This document shows, one piece after another, positions 8,106 to 15,695 of a stretch of 32,000 nt of DNA. The notes under the pieces are model-generated. The model was not told the origin of the DNA. It worked only from the letters and a program-made list of their open reading frames with translations, and did no database searches. Numbering within the stretch: position 1 is the stretch's first letter; each line of letters begins with the position of its first letter. A program made the translations under genes and the position numbers. Source of the stretch: Longivirga aurantiaca. GTDB taxonomy: Bacteria > Actinomycetota > Actinomycetes > S36-B12 > CAIYMF01. Where the stretch lies: the NCBI RefSeq assembly GCF_042660085.1, contig NZ_JBHSTI010000008.1, forward strand, positions 1,659,876 to 1,691,875. The letters run 5' to 3'.

Positions 8106-9745
8106 GGACCCGTCGCGCCGTGGTCGCCGCGCTGCTCGTCCCCGTGGCCGTCGTGCTCGCTGCGCCCACGGCGTCGGCGCACCCGCTCGGCAACCTGTCG
8201 GTCAACACGTACGACGGCGTCGTCGTCGCGCCCGACGGTGTCCGCGTCGATCACGTCGAGGACGTGGCCGAGGTGCCCGCGGTCGCGGCGCTGCGGGCGG
8301 CCGACACGGATGTCGATGGGGCCACCTCGCCCACCGAGCTCGGCGCCTGGGCCGGAAGCCGTTGCGCTGCAGCCGCTTCGCGGATCCGCGTGGCCTCCGA
8401 CGGCACGCCCCTCGTCCTCACCGTCCGCACAGCCTCCGCCACGACTGCGGCCGGCCAGGCCGGGCTCGCCACCGTCCGCGTCGAGTGCGACCTCGGCGCC
8501 GACCTCCGCGTGGCCGCACGTACCGCCGTCACCGTGGACGTCGCCCCTCCGACGGATCTCGGGTGGCGCGAGATCACGGTCGCCGGCGACGGCACCACCG
8601 TGGTGTCCGCCGACGTCCCGTCGGCCAGCGTGAGCGGGCGGCTGACGTCGTACCCAGGCGACCTCACGACCTCGCCCGACGAGCGCAGCGCGACGGCCAG
8701 CGTCGAGCCGGGCGGTCCGCGCCTCGCGGCTCCTGCAGCGACTGGCCCCCTCGGCGTGGTCGCCCGCGGCGTCGACGGAGTCACTGCAGCAGTCGAGGGC
8801 CTGGCCACCCGGTCGGGCCCGGTCGCGCTGCTGCTGCTGCTGCTCGGCGGCCTGGTCCTCGGCGCGCTGCACGCGCTCGCCCCCGGCCACGGCAAGACGG
8901 TCGTCGCCCTCGCAGCGCTGGCCGGCCGCGGGGCACGTCGGCGCGAGCTGGCTCGGGCGGCGGGGACCCTCGGCGCGAGCATCACGGTCGCGCACACCGG
9001 GAGCGTGGTGCTCGTCGGCGTCGCGCTCACCGCCTTCGGGGCGGTCGTACCCGCAGCGCTCTTCCCCGCGCTCGCCGTGGTGGCAGGCATGATCGTCGTG
9101 GCGGTCGGCATCGGTCTGCTGCGCGGTCGCAGCGGCGCCCACGTGCACGGTCCCGGCGGCCACACCCACGACCACGACCCCGACCACGAGGCTCACGGTC
9201 ACGGGTATCACCACGGGCACGACGCCCCGCTGCCGCACTCCCCCGCGCCCCGGCAGGAGGCCGCGCTCTCGCGCACCGCGGTGCTGGCCGTCACCGGCAC
9301 GGCGCCGGTCGTGACCGCGCACGACCACGACCATGCGCACAGTGACCACGACCACGACCATGCGCACGATCGTGCGCACGACCATGCGCACAGTGACCAC
9401 GCGGAGCACGACACGGGCACCCGGCGCCGCACGCTCGTGGCCCTCGGCGCGGTCGGCGGTCTCACCCCGAGCCCCACCGCGCTCGTCGTCCTGCTCGGCA
9501 CCCTCGCCGTGGGGCGGCCCGTGGCGGGCCTGCTCGCGGTCCTCGCCTTCGGGATCGGCATGGCCCTGACGCTGGTCGGTGCCGGGCTGCTGGCCGTCGT
9601 GCTGGGCCGGCGCGCTGCGAGCCTCGCGGTCGCGCGCGGGTTGCCGCTCCGGTGGCTGGCGCTGCTGCCGCGGCTCGCGGGCGCGGCCGTCGTCTGCGCC
9701 GGAGCGTTCCTCGCGCTCCGCGGCGTCCTCGACCTCCTGGCCTGA
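8102..9745 (+). CDS. RcnA/NicO-family nickel/cobalt-type transporter fused to a ~270-aa N-terminal secreted domain
   Basis: Signal peptide ending APTASA|HPLGN. The membrane half carries GALHALAPGHGKT and GGLTPSPTALVVLL (compare E. coli RcnA GALHGLEPGHSKT and GGLIPCPAAITVLL, from memory). There are two His/Asp-rich loops. Confidence 0.85.
   Translation: MRTRRAVVAALLVPVAVVLAAPTASAHPLGNLSVNTYDGVVVAPDGVRVDHVEDVAEVPAVAALRAADTDVDGATSPTELGAWAGSRCAAAASRIRVASDGTPLVLTVRTASATTAAGQAGLATVRVECDLGADLRVAARTAVTVDVAPPTDLGWREITVAGDGTTVVSADVPSASVSGRLTSYPGDLTTSPDERSATASVEPGGPRLAAPAATGPLGVVARGVDGVTAAVEGLATRSGPVALLLLLLGGLVLGALHALAPGHGKTVVALAALAGRGARRRELARAAGTLGASITVAHTGSVVLVGVALTAFGAVVPAALFPALAVVAGMIVVAVGIGLLRGRSGAHVHGPGGHTHDHDPDHEAHGHGYHHGHDAPLPHSPAPRQEAALSRTAVLAVTGTAPVVTAHDHDHAHSDHDHDHAHDRAHDHAHSDHAEHDTGTRRRTLVALGAVGGLTPSPTALVVLLGTLAVGRPVAGLLAVLAFGIGMALTLVGAGLLAVVLGRRAASLAVARGLPLRWLALLPRLAGAAVVCAGAFLALRGVLDLLA
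9320..9400 (+). repeat. Imperfect tandem codon repeats encoding the (D/H)-rich loop HDHDHAHSDHDHDHAHDRAHDHAHSDH
   Basis: GACCATGCGCAC occurs three times (9329, 9356, 9380). The 21-mer GACCATGCGCACAGTGACCAC occurs twice (9329-9349 and 9380-9400). Confidence 0.85.
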
Positions 9746-9749
9746 TCGG

Positions 9750-10619
9750 TCAGCCGATCCGGAGGACCGTGAGGTTGTCGCGCGCGTCCTTGCGGTCGTC
9801 GGCGACGGCGATGAGGCCGTCACCGAGGAAGGCCAGGCCCTCGGGCTTGCGGACCTTCTTCGGCAGGGGAAGCGCAGCGGTCACCGACACCGGTTCGCCC
9901 GGCTCGAGGGGCAGCACGAGCTGTGCGAGGCACCGACCCTGGTCCGACAGCACCCACACACCGCCGTCGTGGTCGGGCGCGAGGTCGCTCAGGTCGGTGA
10001 GGGCGTCGGTGCCGACGCCGGTCCACGGCCACCAGGCAAGCGCGACCAGGTCGTCGTCATCCGCCGGGGGTGTCCAGCCCTCGTCGTGGGAGAGCAGAGT
10101 CCCGGCCGAGACTCCTTGGGGCACATGGCCTCTCGGGCCGAACTCCACGAGCCCGGCAGGCTTCTTCTCCTTCGCGACGAGGAGGTGACCGTCGCGCAGC
10201 AGCAGGACGCCCTCCCCGCGAGAAGCGTCCGCCTTCGACCAGCTCGCGTGCAGGTCGACGACCGTGCTCGTGTCGAGGCGGAAGCGCGACACGATCCGGC
10301 GCTGTGCGAGATCGACACCGCCGACCATGGACGTCCCCTCGGTGAGCACCCACACACGGCCCGCGCCGTCGAGAGCCAGGGCCTCGAGCTGGGTCGCCCG
10401 CTCCTCGTACCCGGGCCGCGCGCCGACGTCGTCCGCAGTCACGACCTCGAACTCGCCGGGCACTCCGTCGACCACCGTCGTGACCGCGAAGGCGACCCGG
10501 TCGTCGCCCAGGGCGAGCAGCAGGATGCCGCCGTCGGTACGCCGTGCCGTCAGCCCTGACACCTCGGGCAGGGGCACCGAGTGGGTCGCGATCCGCTCCA
10601 TGCACGCATCGTGGCCCAC
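9750..10619 (-). CDS. Hypothetical protein, probably a beta-propeller (possibly SdiA-regulated/YjiK-like or phytase-like)
   Basis: Good GC3 frame. It has repeated beta-strand-rich segments and a PEVSGL motif reminiscent of the EPSGL motif in SdiA-regulated domain proteins (weak recollection). The start is either the GTG at 10619 or the ATG at 10601. Confidence 0.55.
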   Translation of the reverse strand: MGHDACMERIATHSVPLPEVSGLTARRTDGGILLLALGDDRVAFAVTTVVDGVPGEFEVVTADDVGARPGYEERATQLEALALDGAGRVWVLTEGTSMVGGVDLAQRRIVSRFRLDTSTVVDLHASWSKADASRGEGVLLLRDGHLLVAKEKKPAGLVEFGPRGHVPQGVSAGTLLSHDEGWTPPADDDDLVALAWWPWTGVGTDALTDLSDLAPDHDGGVWVLSDQGRCLAQLVLPLEPGEPVSVTAALPLPKKVRKPEGLAFLGDGLIAVADDRKDARDNLTVLRIG

Positions 10620-10659
10620 CAGGGGGGATCGTGGCGGCCCTCCGGGACGTTGACCCTCC

Positions 10660-11388
10660 GTGGACCCCTTCGCTGCACCGCACGGAACCCCGCTCCAGCG
10701 CTACGAAAGGGCCAGCCGCCGGCCGCTGGTCGCCGCGGCGATCGCCTTCGTGGTCGCGTACGCGCTGCCCGTGCTCCTGCCCGCCATGCCCCGGATGGAC
10801 GCCGACCTCCTCGACCTGCTGGGTGCGCTCCTGTGGGCGCTGTTCCTCGTCGACCTGGGCGTCCGCGCGGTGCTGTCCGGCCGCCCGGGCCGCTGGCTCC
10901 TTCGGCACCCGATCGACGTCGTCCTCGTCCTGCTGCCGGCGCTGCGGCCGCTGCGCGAGCTGCGCGGCCTGACCGCCGACGCGTACACCTCGGGGACTCG
11001 TGCCGCGGTCGGGCGCGCGCTCGCCGCCGCGCTCGTGGGTGTCGCCTACCTCATGCTGGTCGGCGCCGTGGCTGTGCTCGACGCCGAGCGGTCGGCCGCG
11101 TCGTCGCACATCACGTCCTTCGGCGACGCCCTCTGGTGGGCAGCGGTGACGGTCACGACGGTCGGGTACGGCGACACCTACCCCGTCACGGTCGTCGGAC
11201 GGCTCGTGGCTTTCGCTCTGATGCTCGTCGGGATAAGCCTGTTGGGCGTGCTCACGGCGTCGGTCGCCGCCTGGTTCGTCGGCCGCACCCGTGAGGTCGA
11301 GAACGAGGTGCTGGTCGAGCTCCGCGCTCTGCGCACCGAGGTGGCCGACCTCCGGGCGGCAGTGGACCGCGCCTCATCCGCGAGCTGA
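10660..11388 (+). CDS. Potassium channel (ion-transport family, Kv-like with an S4-like Arg segment)
   Basis: Selectivity filter TVTTVGYGD, an S4-like LRPLRELRGL, multiple TM segments, and a C-terminal coiled coil. Confidence 0.9.
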   Translation: MDPFAAPHGTPLQRYERASRRPLVAAAIAFVVAYALPVLLPAMPRMDADLLDLLGALLWALFLVDLGVRAVLSGRPGRWLLRHPIDVVLVLLPALRPLRELRGLTADAYTSGTRAAVGRALAAALVGVAYLMLVGAVAVLDAERSAASSHITSFGDALWWAAVTVTTVGYGDTYPVTVVGRLVAFALMLVGISLLGVLTASVAAWFVGRTREVENEVLVELRALRTEVADLRAAVDRASSAS

Positions 11389-11397
11389 CGGCGGAGG

Positions 11398-11997
11398 TCA
11401 GAGCGTGTCGAGGGCGTTGGCTGCGATGCGGTCCGCGATCCCGCTACGCATCAGGGCCGCGGCCGCGCTGTCCGGCTTGCGCGCCGCCTCAGCCGCGAAG
11501 CACGCCGAGAACTCAGGCCCGATACCGAGCCGCGGGTAGCGCGCGACCACCTCGGTGCGCAGCTCGTCCGGCCACCAGGACGTGTTGCGGCCGCTGATAT
11601 CGAGGCCGGTGGCGATCTCGAGGAGGTGGCCCTCGGGGTCCGCCTCGGGATCGACCGAGTCCCACATGTGCCGCTCGATGATCTCGGCGGCGCGTACGCC
11701 GCGCTCGGGCGCCCACCCGGCTCCGGCCGCGAAGACGCGGGCCACGTCGCCCCCCGCACGCTCGAACGGGACCGCATGGCTGTCGAACGAGGCCACGAGC
11801 CCGATGTCGTGCAGCATCGCCGAGACGTAGAGCAGCTCGGCGTCGTAGGCGATGCCGTGCACGTCGCCGTACGCCGCCGCCCAGAGGAACGAGCGAACAC
11901 TGTGATTCGCGAGCGCGGGCGATGCGAAGGTCGTGACCACCCAGAGGGCACGGTCGGCGGCGTCTGTGGCGGGGCGGGCGAGGTCGTCGAGGCGCAT
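11398..11997 (-). CDS. HD-domain metal-dependent phosphohydrolase-superfamily protein
   Basis: NHSVRSF...MLHDIGL (the H...HD motif). The ATG at 11997 gives 199 aa. It is convergent with the K+ channel gene, with 9 nt between the stops. Confidence 0.8.
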   Translation of the reverse strand: MRLDDLARPATDAADRALWVVTTFASPALANHSVRSFLWAAAYGDVHGIAYDAELLYVSAMLHDIGLVASFDSHAVPFERAGGDVARVFAAGAGWAPERGVRAAEIIERHMWDSVDPEADPEGHLLEIATGLDISGRNTSWWPDELRTEVVARYPRLGIGPEFSACFAAEAARKPDSAAAALMRSGIADRIAANALDTL

Positions 11998-12270
11998 GCC
12001 TCGATGCTCGCAGCCCGTGCGGCGCCCTCCCACCCGCATGCGGACATGGACGGAAGGGTTCGCGCCAGGTGCGCATCGGCGGACGATCGTGGCGCCACGT
12101 GCTCAGCCCGAGACGCGGCGGAGCCCGACGTCGGTCAGCGCGTGCGAGCTCCGTGCCGATCCCCAGGGCTGACAGGATCCGTCGCAGCGGAGCGCCAGGT
12201 GCGACAGCGGGCGCCTTCGGCGCGGCGGTCGAGCCGCGCGCGAAGAACTCCTCCCAAATCAGAGGGAGCC

Positions 12271-12317
12271 CGACAGACGATGAAGGCCGGCCGCAAGCGG
12301 CCGGCCTTCATCGTCTG

Positions 12318-12320
<3 letters not shown>
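12271..12320 (-). terminator. Perfect 23-bp stem / 4-nt loop hairpin immediately 3' of tRNA-Pro. The last 3 bp of the stem overlap the tRNA 3' end.
   Basis: CGACAGACGATGAAGGCCGGCCG-CAAG-CGGCCGGCCTTCATCGTCTGTCG. Confidence 0.7.
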
Positions 12321-12391
<71 letters not shown>

Positions 12392-12478
12392 AACTCCGAC
12401 CGCGAGGATCACCCGCGATCGGCCCACGAAGGTTACCCCACGTGGTGCGTGCCGATGAAACCGGCCACGTGCGTGCCG

Positions 12479-14017
12479 TCAGCTCCGGCGACGCTTCTCG
12501 CGGACGCGCAGGTTGACGCGCACCGGGGTCCCGTCGAAACCGAACTCCTCGCGCAGGCGTCGCTCGATGAAGCGGCGGTAGCCGGCCTCGAGGAAGCCCG
12601 TCGTGAAGAGCACGAACGTGGGCGGCTTGGTGGTCGCCTGGGTGCCGAAGAGGATGCGCGGCTGCTTGCCCCCGCGCACCGGGTGCGGGTGCGACTGCAC
12701 GAGGGTCGCGAGGAACGCGTTGAGCCGCGAGGTCGGCACGCGCGTCTCCCAGCCCTCGAGGGCCTTGTGCAGAGCGGGTACGAGCTTGTCGGTGTGGCGT
12801 CCGGTCCGGGCGCTGATGTTGACGCGCGGCGCCCACGAGACCTGGTGCAGGTCGCGCTCGATCTCGCGCTCGAGGTACTTCCGGCGCTCGTCGTCCATCA
12901 GGTCCCACTTGTTGAACGCGAGCACCAGTGCGCGTCCGCTCTCGACCACCATCGAGAGGATGCGGGTGTCCTGCTCCGCCATGGGCTGGTCCGCCTCGAG
13001 GAGGACGACGGCCACCTCGGCCTTGTCGAGCGCCGCCTTCGTACGCAGCGACGCGTAGTACTCGTGACCGCTCGCCTCGTGCACCCGCTTGCGGATGCCG
13101 GCGGTGTCGACGAAACGCCATGTGGTGCCGGCGATCTCGACGAGCTCGTCGACGGGGTCGACCGTGGTGCCGGCGACGGAGTCGACCACGACCCGCTGCT
13201 CGCCCGCGAGCTGGTTGAGCAGGCTCGACTTGCCCACGTTGGGCTTGCCGAGCAGCGCGATGCGGCGCGGTCCTCGCGGCTCGGCGACGCGTGAGCCCTC
13301 ATCGGGCAGGATCGCGATGAGGTTGTCGAGCATGTCTCCCATGCCGCGGCCCTGCAGCGAGGAGACAGCCTGCGGCTCGCCCAGCCCGAGCGACCAGAGC
13401 ATGGCCGCGTCGGCCTCGCCGCGGCTGTCGTCGACCTTGTTCGCGATGAGCAGCACGGGCTTCTTGGTTCCGCGCAGCACCTTCACGACGTCCTCGTCCG
13501 CATCGGTCGCGCCGACCGTCGCGTCGAGCACGAACATGACGGCGTCCGCCTCGTTCATGGCGCGCTCCGCCTGCGCGGCTACCTGCGCGGCCATGCCCTT
13601 GGCCTCGCGCTCCCAGCCGCCGGTGTCGACGAGGAGGAACCGGTGGCCCGACCACTCCGCCTTGTAGGTCACGCGGTCGCGCGTGACGCCGGGGACGTCC
13701 TCCACCACGGCCTCGCGCCGACCGATGATCCGGTTGACCAGGGTCGACTTCCCGACGTTCGGCCGGCCGACGACCGCGACCACGGGCAGGAGCTCGTCGT
13801 CCTCGTCGTCGAAGAATCCGTCGTCGTCGAGGTCGAAGCCGAGCGCCGCGAGCGTCTCGGCGCTGATCTGCTCGTCGTCGCCGAGGTCGCCGAGGTCAGG
13901 CACGTCGACGCCGTCGAGGTCGTCGACGACGATCACCTCGTCGGAGTCCCAGGCAGCATCGTCGGCGTCGTAGCCGACGCCCTCGTCGAGGGGTCCGGGC
14001 TGGTCGTCGGGGGTCAC
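12479..14017 (-). CDS. der: Ribosome-associated GTPase Der (EngA) with a ~75-aa acidic N-terminal extension
   Basis: Two GTPase domains ([10 protein letters not shown]...DTGG...NKVD and [10 protein letters not shown]...DTAG...NKWD) plus a KH-like C-terminus. The GTG start at 14017 forms a GTGA overlap with plsC. Confidence 0.95.
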   Translation of the reverse strand: MTPDDQPGPLDEGVGYDADDAAWDSDEVIVVDDLDGVDVPDLGDLGDDEQISAETLAALGFDLDDDGFFDDEDDELLPVVAVVGRPNVGKSTLVNRIIGRREAVVEDVPGVTRDRVTYKAEWSGHRFLLVDTGGWEREAKGMAAQVAAQAERAMNEADAVMFVLDATVGATDADEDVVKVLRGTKKPVLLIANKVDDSRGEADAAMLWSLGLGEPQAVSSLQGRGMGDMLDNLIAILPDEGSRVAEPRGPRRIALLGKPNVGKSSLLNQLAGEQRVVVDSVAGTTVDPVDELVEIAGTTWRFVDTAGIRKRVHEASGHEYYASLRTKAALDKAEVAVVLLEADQPMAEQDTRILSMVVESGRALVLAFNKWDLMDDERRKYLEREIERDLHQVSWAPRVNISARTGRHTDKLVPALHKALEGWETRVPTSRLNAFLATLVQSHPHPVRGGKQPRILFGTQATTKPPTFVLFTTGFLEAGYRRFIERRLREEFGFDGTPVRVNLRVREKRRRS

Positions 14018-14721
14018 GCGGTGCTCCGGTGGTCTGAGGCGGTGTCGGGCAGGGGTCCGGGGAGGTCCTGCCCCGTACGGCGAACGGCGTTCTGGACGTG
14101 GTCGGAGAGCGTCTGCCTGAGGCGCTCCCCGGATCGGGCGAGGACCGCCCGGCGGCGGGCGTCCCCCTCGACGCGGATGTCGACGGGCTCCCCGAAGACG
14201 ACGTCGAGAGGTGAACGCAGCCGGGGCAGCGCATCCTTCCCGGTTCCGGCGGGCCGTGCCCCGAGGATCGCGACCGGGACGACGAGCGCCCCGGTGCGGG
14301 CCGCGAGGTAGGCCGCGCCGTGCTTGAGGTGCCGTGCGTCACCCGCACCGCGGTGCACCTCGGGGAAGACCCCGACGACGCCGGCGTCCGCGAGGACGGC
14401 GACCGCCTCGAGCAGCGCCGACCGGTCGGGTCCGTCGTACTCGATGCGGATCTGGCTCGTGGCGCGCATGAGGCGGTCGATCGGTGGCACGAAGATCTCG
14501 CTCTTGACCAGGACGTGCACCGGGCGCGGACTCGCCGCTGCCAGCAGCAGTCCGTCGAGGAACGCCGTGTGGTTGGCGGCGAGGATCACGGGACCGTCGA
14601 CCGGGACGTGGTGCGCACCGGCGACGCGCAGCTTCCACATCCGGGTGACGAGCGCGGCCAGGTTGCGCCCGGTCGCCGCACCCGAGGTCGGGAGCCCCAC
14701 CGGAGCCCGGTCGGTGGTCAT
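14014..14721 (-). CDS. plsC: 1-acyl-sn-glycerol-3-phosphate acyltransferase family protein
   Basis: Acyltransferase motifs ANHTAFLDG and [11 protein letters not shown] overlap with the cmk stop. Confidence 0.85.
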   Translation of the reverse strand: MTTDRAPVGLPTSGAATGRNLAALVTRMWKLRVAGAHHVPVDGPVILAANHTAFLDGLLLAAASPRPVHVLVKSEIFVPPIDRLMRATSQIRIEYDGPDRSALLEAVAVLADAGVVGVFPEVHRGAGDARHLKHGAAYLAARTGALVVPVAILGARPAGTGKDALPRLRSPLDVVFGEPVDIRVEGDARRRAVLARSGERLRQTLSDHVQNAVRRTGQDLPGPLPDTASDHRSTA

Positions 14722-15434
14722 GCGCCCATCCGCTCGCGGGCGAGGCCCACCACGGCGGCGACGACCTCGGCGAGCCCGAGGTGGGTCGCATCCACCACGA
14801 CCGCGTCCTCCGCCTGGGTGGTCGGCGATGCCGCGCGGCTGGCGTCGGCCGCGTCGCGGCGCGCCAGGTCGGCGGCGATCGATTCGGACGACGTCACGTG
14901 CGCGCGGCCCGCAGCTGCGTCCTCGGCCGCGCGTCGGGCGGCTCGGACGCCGGGGTCTGCGACGAGCCACACCTTGAGGTCGGCGTCGGGGAGCACGACC
15001 GCGCCGATGTCACGGCCCTCGACCACGATGCCCTGCTCGACGGCGAGCGCGCTGCGCACGGCACCGCGCTGGAGGTCCACCAGCAGCGCACGTACCTCGG
15101 GGACCGCTGCCACCGCCGACACTGCCGAGGTGACCGACTGCTCACGGATGGCCCGGGAGACGTCGACGCCGTCGACCCGGATCCAGGACTCGTCCGGGTC
15201 GGTCGACCACTCGAGCGAGGCGGAGCAGGCGGCCGAGGCGACCGCAGCGGGGTCCGAGGCCGGCACGCCGTCGCGCAGCACGGCCCAGGTGATCGCGCGG
15301 TACATGGCGCCGGTGTCGAGATAGCGCAGGCCGAGCTCGCGGGCGACCCCGCGCGACACGCTGGACTTGCCCGAGCCCGACGGGCCGTCGACCGCGATGA
15401 CCGCCGTCGCGGTGCTGGGCGTGCGGGGGTCCAT
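14718..15434 (-). CDS. cmk: Cytidylate kinase
   Basis: IAVDGPSGSGKSSVSRGVARELGLRYLDTGAMYRA. The ATG at 15434 gives 238 aa. Confidence 0.93.
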   Translation of the reverse strand: MDPRTPSTATAVIAVDGPSGSGKSSVSRGVARELGLRYLDTGAMYRAITWAVLRDGVPASDPAAVASAACSASLEWSTDPDESWIRVDGVDVSRAIREQSVTSAVSAVAAVPEVRALLVDLQRGAVRSALAVEQGIVVEGRDIGAVVLPDADLKVWLVADPGVRAARRAAEDAAAGRAHVTSSESIAADLARRDAADASRAASPTTQAEDAVVVDATHLGLAEVVAAVVGLARERMGA

Positions 15435-15576
15435 GCAGGGTCCTTCGTCCGGGGTGCTCGGCGGGCCGACGAGCAGCAGGTCGAGCCTACGGCCCGCAGA
15501 GGCGCACCCCGGCCACGTCGGCGGCTCGGTCGACGTGACCTGCGCCCTCTCCCGTCGATGCGGCGATGTGTCGCCG

Positions 15577-15584
15577 TGTCGACA
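15577..15584. promoter_or_regulatory. TGTCGACA palindrome, copy a (tyrA-cmk spacer)
   Basis: Exact 8-bp palindrome. Context is GTGTCGACAATG. Confidence 0.4.
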
Positions 15585-15624
15585 ATGCAGCCGATCGGCG
15601 CGCTCGTCCACGACCCGTGCCGCA

Positions 15625-15632
15625 TGTCGACA
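15625..15632. promoter_or_regulatory. TGTCGACA palindrome, copy b (tyrA-cmk spacer)
   Basis: Exact copy. Context is GCATGTCGACAAAAC, a 15-mer identical to copy d on the opposite strand. Confidence 0.4.
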
Positions 15633-15670
15633 AAACCACCTGCCGATACGGCGTCAGGAGAGGCAACAGT

Positions 15671-15682
15671 GCAGGTCAGAGG
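15671..15682. repeat. GCAGGTCAGAGG 12-mer, 13 nt beyond the tyrA stop
   Basis: Exact match to 20405-20416 and 21959-21970. Confidence 0.6.
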
Positions 15683-15695
15683 CGTGCGACCGCGC

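Noticed and set aside
9320-9400. Short tandem repeats that could superficially resemble a mini CRISPR or VNTR array
   Set aside because: They are in-frame codon repeats (Asp-His-Ala-His) inside the permease gene. There are no spacers of unique sequence and no cas genes.
11998-12317. A possible degraded integrase or mobile-element gene between the HD gene and tRNA-Pro, given the att-like repeat
   Set aside because: No frame gives a recognisable recombinase or transposase fragment. Only Arg-rich shadow ORFs are present.
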